Made by a program: the position numbers and the translations under genes
In this document: piece after piece, positions 10,975-22,577 of the stretch
How the letters are laid out: each line of letters starts with the position of its first letter
How positions within the stretch are numbered: position 1 is the first letter of the stretch
Notes under the pieces: model-generated
What the model saw: the letters and a program-made list of their open reading frames with translations, nothing else
What the model was told of the DNA's origin: nothing
The model's database searches: none
NCBI GenBank assembly: GCA_038087875.1
Contig: CM075992.1
Span: forward strand, 8,806,001-8,870,000
DNA from: Malacoraja senta
Taxonomy: Eukaryota
DNA: 64,000 bases
Reading direction: 5' to 3'

Positions 10975-12290
10975 CATAGACAATAGGTGCAGGAGTAGGC
11001 CATTCGGCCCTTCGAGCCAGCACCGCCATTCAATGTGATCATGGCTGATCATCCCCAATCAGTACCCCGTTCCTGCTTTCTCCCCATATCCCTTGATACC
11101 GCTAGCCCTAAGAACTCTATCTAACTCTCTTTTTAATGCATCCAGTGAATCGGCCTCCACTGCCTTCTGAGGCAGAGATTTCCATAGATTCACAACTCTC
11201 TGGGTGAAAAAGTTTTTCCTCGTCTCAGTCTCAAATGGCCGACCCCTTATTCTTAAACTGTGACCCCTGGTTCTGGACTCCCCCAACATCGGGAACATGT
11301 TTCCTGCCTCTAGCGTGTCCAAACCCTTAAAAATGTTATATGTTTCTATAAGATCCCCTCTCATCCTAAATTCCAGTGAATACAAGCCCAGTCGACCCAT
11401 TCTTTCATCATATGACAGTCCCGCCATCCCGGGAATTAACCTGGTGAACCTACGCTGCACTCCCTCAATAGCAAGAATGTCCTTCCTCAAATTAGGAGAC
11501 CAAAACTGCACACAATACTCCAGGTGTGGTCTCATTAGGGCTCTGTACAACTGCAGAAGGACGTCGTTGCTCATATACTCTTGTTATAAAGGCCAACATG
11601 CCATTAGCTTTCTTCACTGCTTGCTGTGCCTGCATGCTTACTTTCAGTAACTGATGTACATGGACACCCAGGTCTCGTTGCATCTCCCCTTTTCCTAATC
11701 TGACACCATCAAATAATAATCTGCCTTCCTGTTCTTGTCACCAGTGGATAACCTCACATTTATCCACATTAAACTTCATCTGCCATGCATCTGCCCACTC
11801 ACCCAACCTGTCCAAGTCACCCTGCATCCTCATAGCATCCTCTTCACATTTCACACTGCCACCCAGCTTTGTGTCATCTGCAAATTTGCTAATGTTACTT
11901 TTAATCCCTTCATCTAAATCATTAATGGAGATTGTAAATAGCTGCGGTCCCAGCACCGAGCCTTGCGGTTCCCCACTAGTCACTGCCTGCCATTCTGAAA
12001 GGGACCCGTTAATCCCTACTCTTTGTTTCCTGTCTGCCAACAAATTTTCTATCCATGTCAGCACTCTACCCCCAATACCATGTGCCCTAATTTTGCCCAC
12101 TAATCTCCTATGTGGGTTCTTATCAAATGCTTTCTGAAAGTCCAGGTACACTACATCCACTGGCTCTCCCTTGTCCATTTTACTTGTTACATCCTCAAAA
12201 TATTCCAGAAGATTCGTCAAGCATGATTTCCCTTCGAAAATCCATGCTGACTTGGACCAATCCTGTTACTGCTATCCAAATGTGCCTTAA
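10975..12290 (-). mobile_element. 5'-truncated CR1/HER1 LINE (~1.3 kb) with degenerate reverse transcriptase
   Basis: VYLDFQKAFD..PH..L, VTSG.PQGSVLGP.LF, SKFADDTKLGG, LYRAL.RPHLEYCVQFWSP. Frameshifts and deletions present; 3' UTR intact. Confidence 0.95.
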
Positions 12291-12869
12291 TCTAGATCTT
12301 TGATACTTAATCTACATCTTTGACTCCAGCACTGATGTCAGGCCGTTCACACGTTCTATCCTACCCACTGGGCGGCACGGTGGCGCAGCAGTAGTGTTGT
12401 TGCCTCTAGACGTGAAACTAGTTTCATTGTAATCAGGTTGAGTTTCACCGTCTTTATGACCTGTCCCACAATCAACAATGGACCATTGTGGGCTCCACCT
12501 TTCCTTCATCATCATTACTTTTTTGCAGATCTTTCATTCATTTGATCTGTATCTCTCCATATCGCCGTCTATATCTCTCGTCTCCCTCTTTCCTGGCCTG
12601 AAGAAGGGTCCCGACCCGAAACGTCACCTATTCCTTCTCTCCAGAGATGCTGCCTGACCCGCTGAGTTACTCCAGTTTTTTGTGTCTATCTTTGTGGATT
12701 AGTTTAATCTGGCATCACGTTCTGCATGGACATGTTGGGCCGAAGGGCCTGTAGCGTTCAACGTTATAAGCTTTATGCTCTATGAAAGATGTTAGCTCTT
12801 CCCTGGGATATCTTTCCCAATTGGGTGAAGGGGGAGGTGGAAGACTTTTATGGCCAAGTTCACCGATTA

Positions 12870-13835
12870 GTTTAGTTTAGAGATACAGCGCGGAAACAGG
12901 CCCTTCTGCCCACCGGGTCCACACATACCAGCGATCCCCGCACACTAACACTATCCTACACACACCAGGGACAATATACATATATACCAAGACAATAAGT
13001 GAGTTCGGTATTCCGAATGCGCATGCCCAGGTCATAGGTCATTTGCAATAAACATTCTCGGCAGCTGTGCTGCTGCGTGTATATGAACCTGCATTTTATC
13101 CGTAGTCAGGATCGAACCCGGTCTCTGACACTGCAAGCGCTGTTGAATTTCTACAGGACCATCCCCGTCCCCTCCCGAGTGTCCCATCCCTGTCTTGGGG
13201 AGGCCGGAGATGTCCGTGGTGACCCTGGACTGACGGAACACCAGCCCGGAGCCGTGGTGGCCCCAGGCTTACTGCCAGCGCGGAGAAGAAGCGCTAACTC
13301 CAGCTCAACTCTGCCTGTCCCGCCGGGTTAACCGACAGCCCTGGACTGACGGGGCACCGGCCCGGAGCAGTGGCGGCACAAGGCTTACAGCCAGCGCGGA
13401 CCGTCAGCTGCCGAGAATGTCTCTCCGCCCGTCCAGTCTCTCCCTCTGTCTCCCACTCACATCTGCCCCCCTCTCTCTCACTGTTACACCCCGCTCTCCT
13501 GCTACCTGGCACCGCTGTTCCTCAGATTAAATATATTTTTACACATAAATTATGAATAAAGATAAGAATTTATAGACAGTTTATACAGCCAGCGCTTGGT
13601 TCGCTTTGTCTTTATCGCGAATGACCTATGACAAATCCCATGATTCCTTGCGTTTTTCGGAATACCGAACTTGCTTATTAACCTACAAACCTGCACGTCT
13701 TTGGAGTGTGGGAGGAAACCGGAGCACCCGGAGAAAACCCGCGCAGGTCACGGGGAGAATGTACAAACTCCGTACAGACCAGGATTGAACCCAGGTCTCC
13801 GGCGCTGCAAGCCAGTAACTCTACCGCTGCGCCAC
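12870..13835 (-). mobile_element. V-SINE interrupted by a MITE
   Basis: SINE tail at 12870-12995 and body at 13678-13835, separated by the insertion below. Confidence 0.8.
12994..13679. mobile_element. Non-autonomous TIR element (MITE), family unassigned
   Basis: AATAAGTGAGTTCGGTATTCCGAA ... TTCGGAATACCGAACTTGCTTATT, plus a subterminal inverted pair GTCATAGGTCATTTGCAATAAA / TTTATCGCGAATGACCTATGAC. Confidence 0.8.
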
Positions 13836-13883
13836 CTTGGCGCAGATCGAGTTTTTGAACACGACTCCTAGCAGTGGCCTCAC

Positions 13884-13961
13884 CTGAGTGTACACGAGTG
13901 GAATGCTGATCCAGTCGTAGTGAAAGAGAAGGCTGCACTTTGCTCGAAAGGTGTTCAGCTC
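13884..13961 (-). CDS. BEST2: Bestrophin-2-like exon (78 nt)
   Basis: [26 protein letters not shown]; caccag| and |gtgagg. Confidence 0.95.
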
Positions 13962-15514
13962 CTGGTGAAGGCAGAAAAACCACAACGTTAACAGGCAACT
14001 AATATTGTGTAGGAAGGTAGACACAAAATGCTGGGGTAACTCAGCGGGTCAGGCAGCATCTCTGGAGAGAAGGAATAGGTGACGTTTCAGGTCGGGACCC
14101 TCCTTCAGACTGAGAGTCAGGGAGGGGGAACTGAGAGATATGAAAAGGTGCGTAGAGCAAATGAATATAAGATATGCAAAAGGACAGATTGAAGCCAGCA
14201 ATGATGATCAAGGAAAGGTGGAGCCCACAATGGTCCATTGTTGGCTGTGGGGAAGGTGATAACGAGGTGATACAAACTGAAACTCAGCAGAACGACAGTG
14301 AAACTAGTACGACGACTAGGAAGGAACTGCAGATGCTGGTTTACACCGAAGATAGACACTAAATGCTGGAGTAACTCAGCGGGACAGGCAGCATCTCTGG
14401 AGAGAAGGAATGGGTGACGTTTCGGGTCGAGACCCATCAGCCTGAAGAAGGGTCCTGTGGATCAAACCCCACTTTAAAATATCCACTGACTTGGCCTCCA
14501 CAGCCTTCTGTGGCAATGAATTCCACAGATTCACCACCCTCCTGACTAAAGAAACTCCTCCTCATCTCCTTCCCAAAAGGACGCCCTTTTATTCTGAAGT
14601 TGTGGCCTCTGGTCTTCGACTCTTAGGCGGTGCAGCGGTAGAGTTGCTGCCTCACAGAACCAGGGTTTGACATGGTAAGACACAAGAGCAGAATTAGGCC
14701 ATTCGGCCCATTGAGTTCAGTTCAGTTTATTGTCACGTGTACCGAGGTACAGTGAAAAGCTTTTGTTGCGTGCTAACCAGTCAGCGGAAAGACAATACAT
14801 GATTACAATCAAGCCGTTTACAGTGTATAGACACATAAGGGAATTTGATCACGGCTGATCTATCTTTCCCTCTCAACCCCATTCTCCTGCCTTCTCCTCG
14901 TAACCTTTTCTAAGGGGAGAGTCTAGGACTAGAGGTCACAGCCTCAGAATTAAAGGACCTTCCTTTAGGAAGGAGATGAGGAGGAATTTCTTTGGTCAGA
15001 GAGTGGTGAATCTGAATGAATAAATGAATGTTTATTGGCCAAATATTCACATACAAGGAATTTGCCTTGGTGCTCTGCCCGCAAGTGACAACATGAAATA
15101 CAGCGACAGTTATACATAAAACATTAAACATTAATAATAAAACATTATTGTATTAAACTTGTGAATTAAATAAAATACCAGAGCAATTCTGTGGAATTCA
15201 TTGCCCCAGAAGGCTGTGGAGGCCGTCAGTGGATATTTTTAAGGCAGAGATAGGTAGATTCTTGATTAGTGCGGGTGTTAGGGGTTACGGGGAGAAGGCA
15301 GGAGAATGGGATTGAGAGGGGAAAATAGATCAGCCATGATTGAATGGCGGAGTAGACTCGATCTGCTCCGATTATTTATGAACTTATGTTAAGCTCTTAC
15401 CCTGCATGTCGGCAGTGTGAAGGGTATAGGGCATGTGAGGTGTGGATCAGGAACACAAGACTCGAGATAGTGATGGTAAGTCGCAAGCTGAATTGTACCC
15501 ACGTCAGAGGCAGA

Positions 15515-16097
15515 AATAGACAATAGACAATAGGTGCAGGAGTAGGCCATTCGGCCCTTCGAGCCAGCACCGCCATTCAATGTGATCATGGCTGATCATC
15601 CCCAATCAGTTCCCCGTTCCTGCCTTCTCCCCATATCCCCTGACTCTGCTATTTTTAAGAGCCCTATCTAGCTCTCTCTTGAAAGCATCCAGAGAACCCA
15701 CCTCCACCGCCCTCTGAGGCAGAGAATTCCACAGACTCACCACTCTCTGTGAGAAAAAGTGTTTCCTCGTCTCCGTTCTAAACGGCTTACTCCTTATTCT
15801 TAAACTGTGACCCCTGGTTCTGGACTCCCTCAACATCGGGAACATGTTTCCTGCCTCTAGCGTGTCCAAGCCCTTAACAATCTTATATGTTTCAATGAGA
15901 TACCCTCTCATCCTTCTAAATTCCAGAGTATACAAGCCCAGCTGCTCCATTCTCTCAGCATATGACAGTCCCGCCATCCAGGGAATTAACCTAAGCCGCA
16001 CTCCGTCAATAGCAAGAATGTCTTTCCTCAAATTAGGGGACCAAAACTGCACACAATACTCCAGGTGTGGTCTCACTAGGGCTCTGTACAACTGCAG
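15515..16097 (-). mobile_element. CR1/HER1 LINE 3' fragment
   Basis: LYRALVRPHLEYCVQFWSP...GYGEKAG, (CTATTGT)n tail. Confidence 0.92.
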
Positions 16098-16759
16098 TAA
16101 TGATTCTGCCACATTGGTGGGGTCCTGAAGGCACATTCAGGGTAACGACACCGGATCTCCACCTTGACGACCTATTGCCAATTAAGCCAGTTTTTATAAA
16201 CCTTTGATTGTTTAGCAACGTTGCAGTTTTAGAATTTAATTCACAATTTAAATTCCAGTCGTGGGATTCGAACCCACATCTCTGGATTTTTCACCCTGGC
16301 CCTGAAATCACTGGATCAGTGCTTTGACCCCTGCACCACCACTGTCCCAGAGTAAAGTGTAGATGAATGAGGACACAGGCAAGTGCAGGTGCTGGAATCT
16401 TAAGTAAAACGACAAAAGTGCAGGAAGAACTCAGTGGGTCGGGCAGCATCTGCGGAGGGGAATCGACGGGAAACATTTCGGGTTGGCACCCATCTCAAGA
16501 TTCAAGAGAGTTTATTGTCATGACGGAAAAGGAGGAATAGGCCATTCAGTCATGTCGTGTCGTGTCATGACAGAAGAGGAGGAATAGGCCATTCAGCCCC
16601 TCTCTGCCATTCTACCTTCTGTCTTTAGTTTATGGGGAGACAGCAGGAACGGGGTACTGATTGTGGATGATCAGCCATGATCATTATTAAATGGCGGAGC
16701 AGGCTCGAAGTGCCAATGGCCTACTCCTGCACCTATTTTTCTATTTTTCTATGTTTCTA

Positions 16760-17050
16760 AATACAGCGCGGAAACCAGTATCCGGCCCACCGAGTCCCGC
16801 GCCGACCAGCGATCCCCGTACACTAACACTATCCAACACACACTAGGGACCATTGACAATTTTACTGAAGCCAATTAACCTACAAACCTGTACATATTTT
16901 GGAGTGCGGGAGGAAACCGGAGCACCCGGAGAAAACCCACGCAGTCACGGGGAGAACGTACAAACTCTACACAGACAGCACCCGTAGGCAGAATCGGACT
17001 TGGGTCTCTGGCGCTGTGAGGCAGCAACTCTACCCCTGCGCCACTGTGCC
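16760..17050 (-). mobile_element. V-SINE (HE1-like)
   Basis: Reverse complement of the A/B box, V-domain and tail. Confidence 0.82.
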
Positions 17051-17136
17051 GTCTCCACTGGTGAAGGCAGGAGGCAGGGAGTGGACAGGGGCAGTGCCCG
17101 CCCCCTGGTACTGCCAACGCTGCTCCAAGCCCCTAC

Positions 17137-17291
17137 CTCCATCAGCAACTTGAGCGCGCTGTCGTCCTTGATCCGACCTTCCTTTCGCCCCTTGGCCGCC
17201 AGGTTGGTGAACCACACGCAGGGGATCCAATACTTGTTGTAAGGAGAATGGAGACTCTCGTACTTCTTGCGTTCATCTCTGGTCATGAACC
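17137..17291 (-). CDS. BEST2: Bestrophin-2-like exon (155 nt) containing the aperture helix
   Basis: (G)FMTRDERKKYESLHSPYNKYWIPCVWFTNLAAKGRKEGRIKDDSALKLLME. SALKLL is the BEST2-type aperture (S205/K208/E212). Confidence 0.95.
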
Positions 17292-17309
17292 CTGCAAAAC
17301 ACCAACATG

Positions 17310-17700
17310 TGTAGGAAGGAACTGCAGATGCTGGTTTACACCGAATATAGACACAAAACGCTGGAGTAACTCAGCGGGACAGGGCAGCATCTCTGGAGAG
17401 AAGGAACAGGGTCGGCGTTTCGGGTTGAGACCCTTCTTCAGACTGAGCGTCAGGGGAGAGGGAGACACAGAGATAAGGAAATGTAAGGTGTGAAAACCAG
17501 ACATCAAAGGTGATGCGGATCAAGGGAAATGTAGAATGGATCATTGTTCACTCGGAGATAGGGGGACAACGAAGCATACAGAGATACAATTTAATCAGGG
17601 GGCAGTCAGACTGGTCGGAGAACTAGGAAGGGGGAGGGATGGAGGGAGAGGGAAAGCAAGGGTTCTGAAGTTAAAGAAGTCAATATTCATACCAATATTC
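17310..17700 (-). mobile_element. Penelope-like element 3' fragment
   Basis: Encodes the GIY-YIG ORF end GMNIDFFNFR, followed by the terminal repeat with a degenerate hammerhead-like motif. Confidence 0.75.
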
Positions 17701-17706
17701 ACACCT

Positions 17707-17895
17707 GTGTCCCCACTGTACCCCCACTGCCCACTGTACCCCCACTGTGACCCCACTGTACCCCCACTGCACCCCCACTGCCTCCCCACTGCCCACTGTG
17801 TCCCCACTGTCCCCCCCACTGTCCCCCCACACTGTCCCCCACTGTCCCCCCTCTGTACCCCCCACTGCCCCCCCCCACTGTGTCCCCACTGTACA
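17707..17895. repeat. Low-complexity CCCCACTG(T) tandem repeat
   Basis: Directly visible; abuts the BEST2 donor at 17922. Confidence 0.9.
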
Positions 17896-17922
17896 CTGGG
17901 CCCGGGGCGCTGTATTTCTCAC

Positions 17923-18154
17923 CTGTCCACCACGTGGTCCATGGTGGGGAAGCGTTTGATGACGGCGGTACTGACGGAGCGCAGGATGAGCAGCGCGGAG
18001 AGGCTGGCGTAACGCATCATGGTGCGGCGCAGCATGCGGCCTCGCTCATCCAGCCCGTGCACGTTGCCCGAGATCACGCACATCAGCCGGTCCGGCAGCG
18101 GGATACTGGTGTACTGGCTCCACCAGCGGTTCACCACCAGCGTCACGTAGAACC
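17923..18154 (-). CDS. BEST2: Bestrophin-2-like exon with RFP motif (232 nt; 2 nt short of the frame-preserving length)
   Basis: (G)[76 protein letters not shown]+AG|gtgaga. See findings for the frame problem. Confidence 0.9.
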
Positions 18155-18257
18155 CTGGAGACACAGCACCACGTTACACTGGGGTGGGGGCTGGAGGGAC
18201 CACGCTACCCAACAACCAACACACCAATGCCCCACTCCCACAGCTCTCCCTCTGTCC

Positions 18258-19898
18258 CCCACACACACCCATCACACCCCCCACCCTCACTCCCCACCCC
18301 CCCGCACACACACTCCCCACCCCCACACACACACACACACACTCCCCACCCCCACACACACACAGACTCCCCACCCCCACACACACACACACACACACAC
18401 TCCCCACCCCCCACACACTCCCCACCCCCACTCCCCACCCCCCCGCACACACACTCCCCACCCCCACACACACACACATACTCCCACCCCCACACACACA
18501 CACACACACACACTCCCCACCCCCCACACACTCCCCACCCCCACTCCCACCCCCCCGCACACACACTCCCCACCCCCACACACACACACATACTCCCACC
18601 CCCACACACACACACACACACACCTCCCCACCCCCACACACACACACACACACACTCCCCACCCCCACACACACACACACTCCCCACCCCCACACACACA
18701 CACACACACTCCCCACCCCCCACACACACACACACACACTCCCCACCCCCACACACACACACACACTCCCCACCCCCACACACACACACACACACTCCCC
18801 ACCCCCACACACACACACACACACACACTCCCCACCCCCACACACACACACACACACACACTCCCCACCCCCACACACACACTCCCCACCCCCACACACA
18901 CACACACACACACACTCCCCACCCCACACACACACACACTCCCCACCCCACACACACACACACTCCCCACCCCCACACACACACACACACACTCCCCACC
19001 CCCACACACACACACACACACACACTCCCCACCCCCCACACACACACACACACACTCCCCACCCCCACACACACACACACTCCCCACCCCCACACACACA
19101 CACACACACTCCCCACCCCCACACACACACTCCCCACCCCCACACACACACACACACACACACTCCCCACCCCCACACACACACACACTCCCCACCCCCA
19201 CACACACACACACTCCCCACCCCCACACACACACACACACACTCCCCACCCCCACACACACACACACACACACACTCCCCACCCCCACACACACACACAC
19301 ACACTCCCCACCCCCCCACACACACACACACACACACTCCCCACCCCCCCACACACACACACACACTCCCCACCCCCACACACACACACACACACTCCCC
19401 ACCCCCACACACACACACACACACACTCCCCACCCCCACACACACACACACACACACACTCCCCACCCCCACACACACACACACACACTCCCCACCCCCA
19501 CACACACACACACTCCCCACCCCCACACACACACACACACACACTCCCCACCCCCACACACACACACACACTCCCCACCCCCACACACACACACACACAC
19601 TCCCCACCCCCACACACACACACACACACACACACTCCCCACCCCCACACACACACACCCCCACTCCCCACCCCCACACACACACACACTCCCCACCCCC
19701 ACACACACACACACACACTCCCCACCCCCACACACACACACACACACACACTCCCCACCCCCACACACACACACACACACTCCCCACCCCCACCCCCACA
19801 CACACACACACACACACACTCCCCACCCCCACTCCCCACCCCCACCCCCACACACACACACACTCCCCACCCCCACACACACACACACACAACCCACC

Positions 19899-19929
<31 letters not shown>

Positions 19930-20867
19930 TCCCCACCCCCACTCCCCATCCCCACACACACACACACACACACTCCCCACCCCCACCCCCACACACACAC
20001 ACACTCCCCACCCCCACCCACACACACACACACACACACCCCACCCCCCACTCCCCATCCCCACACACACACACACACACACACTCCCCACCCCCACACA
20101 CACACACACACTCCCCACCCCCACACACACACACACAACCCACCCCCACCCACACACACACACACTCCCCACCCCCACCCCCACTCCCCATCCCCACACA
20201 CACACACACACACCCCACTCCCCACCCCCACACACACACTCCCCACCCCCACACACACACACACCCCACACACACACACACACACTCCCCACCCCCCCCC
20301 CACACACACACCCCACACACACACACACACACTCCCCACCCCCCCACACACACACACACACAACCCACCCCCACTCCCCATCCCCACACACACACTCCCC
20401 ACCCCCACTCCCCATCCCCACACACACACACACAACCACCCCCACCCCCCCCCCACACACACACACACACACACCACCCCCACACACACACACACACACA
20501 CACCCCACCCCCACTCCCCACCCCCGCACACACACTCCCCACCCCCACAAACACACACCCCACCCCCACACACACACTCCCCACACACACACACACACTC
20601 CCCACCCCCACTCCCCACCCCCACCCCCACACACACACACACACACACACCCACTCCCCACCCCCACACACACACTCCCCACCCCCACTCCCCACCCCCC
20701 ACTCCGCACCCCCACACCCACACACACACCCCCCACTCCCACCCACACACTCCCCACCCCCACACACACACTCCCCACCCCTACTCCCCACCCCCACCCC
20801 CACACTACCTACACCCACTCCCCACCCCCACACACCCCCCACCCCACACACACACTCCCCACCCCCA
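18258..20867. repeat. ~2.6-kb compound repeat (CA)n-CTCCCCACCCC
   Basis: Alternating CA runs and CTCCCCACCCC; source of the six spurious 850-1030 aa ORFs. Confidence 0.98.
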
Positions 20868-21242
20868 ATGATGTTTCACATCGAAGGGTCTCGACCCCCA
20901 AACCTCCCCCATCCCTTCTCTCCAGAGATGCTGCCTGTCCCGTTGAGTTACTCCAGCTTTTTGTGTCTATCTTCAGCTTGAGAGGAGGGATTTGGTGCAG
21001 TTACAGGCAGCTGGAGGTAGTTGAGGCTGGGACTATCCCATTGTTTAAGAAACAGTTGGACCAGTACATGGATAGGACAGGTTTGCAGGGATATGAACCA
21101 GGCGCAGGCAAGTGAGACTACTGTAGCTGGGACATTGTGGGCCGGTGTGGGCCAGTTGGGCCGAAGGGCCTGTTTCCACACTGTATTCATCTATGACTCT
21201 ACGTCTCCAGGGGAGAGATCGGTAAACGACACAAGAAACTAT

Positions 21243-21495
21243 CGGTAGAGTTGCTGCCTTACAGCGATTGCAGTTCTGGAGCCCCGGGTTCGACCCTGAC
21301 TGTCTGTACGGAGTTTGTACTTTCTCCCCGTGACCACGTGGGTTTTCTCCGAGATCTTCGGTGTCCACCCACACTCCAAAGACGTACAGGTTTGTAGGTT
21401 AATTGGCTTCGGTAAAGTTGTAAATTGTCCCTAGAGGGTGGGGTCGGAGCGGACCCGATGGGTTGAAGGGCCTGTTTCCGCGCTGTATCTCTAAA
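21243..21495 (+). mobile_element. V-SINE (HE1-like)
   Basis: CGGTAGAGTTGCTGCC, GGTTCGACCC, V-domain and tail. Confidence 0.8.
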
Positions 21496-21522
21496 ACAAG
21501 GATAAAGAATACGGTCTCTCAC

Positions 21523-21617
21523 CTAGCACGAAGGCCATTGGGATGAGGTTAGCGTAGTGGTTGCAGTACAAGGCCAGCTTTTCAAAATACCTCTTCTGGT
21601 CTTCCAGGAGCAAAAAC
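21523..21617 (-). CDS. BEST2: Bestrophin-2-like chloride channel, second coding exon (95 nt)
   Basis: (R)FLLLEDQKRYFEKLALYCNHYANLIPMAFVL(G). Size and phase match the conserved bestrophin exon; AG/GT present. Confidence 0.93.
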
Positions 21618-21773
21618 CTTCAGAGGAATTATTGTTAAAACAAAATTGTTTAAAATCACCTGAAAATCCATGGAGTTAACTCAAACACTGAGATACCGAT
21701 CCAAGATGGCGCCCAACGCAGGTGACTCTGTGTGTGTGGGTCACATCGGTGGTTCTGCAATCGCACATTACAG

Positions 21774-22288
21774 TTGGGTGGCCAACTCTCTCACTCCCAA
21801 ATAAGGGACAAAAGGTCAAAATACGGGACAAATTCCCGACGGCATTTCGTTGACCGACTCGGCCGTGGCTGGGTGAATGATGAGTTGGCCCGGGTGCTGG
21901 ACTGCACACAAAGCCCAGCCGGCGGGCCCAGCTGAGGAGTTTTGGCCCGGGCCGCACAAAGTCCAGCATCCCGTCCAACTCATGAAATTGATGATCGGCC
22001 ATGAGAAGGAGGGGTGGTGGTGTCGGCGGTAAGCGAAGGTCCGAAGGTCGGACAGCTGGCCGGGATGCTGACCGATGGGGCCACGGGCGAGGAGCTGCTG
22101 CTGCACTCCATTGGCTGCACTACTTCGGGACGGGTGAGGCGGGGCCGGACGCGGCGCTCCGACCCGACAGTCCCCTCGACCCGAGTAGTAGCAGTCAAAT
22201 ACGGGACAAGGGCGGTCCCGTACGGGACAAACCAATTTAGCCCAATATACGGGATGTCCCGGCTAATACGGGACAGTTGTCAACCCTA
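21774..22288. mobile_element. Non-autonomous DNA transposon, hAT-like TAGGG termini
   Basis: TTGGGTGGCCAACT ... AGTTGTCAACCCTA imperfect TIRs, with repeated subterminal TACGGGACA motifs. No clean TSD. Confidence 0.65.
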
Positions 22289-22354
22289 GTCTACAATCGC
22301 TCCACACTTTTAAACCTCTACTCTGACAGCAGCATTTCTTACTTAAAAGCATAG

Positions 22355-22577
22355 GAAGGAACTGCAGCTGCTGGTTTACACCGAAGATAGACACAAAATG
22401 CAGGAGTAACTCAGCGGGACAGGCAGCATCTCTGGAGAGAAGGAATGGGTGATATTTCAGGTCAAGACCCTTCTTCAGACATCTGAGGAAGGGTCTCGAC
22501 TCAAAACGTCACCTATTCCTTCTCTCCAGAGATGCTGCCCGTCCTGCTGAGTTATTCCAGCATTTTGTGTCTATCTT
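22355..22577. mobile_element. Fold-back (palindromic) Penelope-derived element
   Basis: AAGATAGACACAAAATG..GAGTAACTCAGCGGGAC..CCCTTCTTCAGAC followed by its reverse complement. Confidence 0.85.

Noticed and set aside
10975..12290. Active or domesticated reverse transcriptase
   Set aside because: 5'-truncated, frameshifted and internally deleted CR1 copy.
17880..21115. 850-1033 aa His/Thr/Pro- or Val/Cys/Gly-rich ORFs in all six frames
   Set aside because: These are translations of a stop-free (CA)n-CTCCCCACCCC repeat inside a BEST2 intron.
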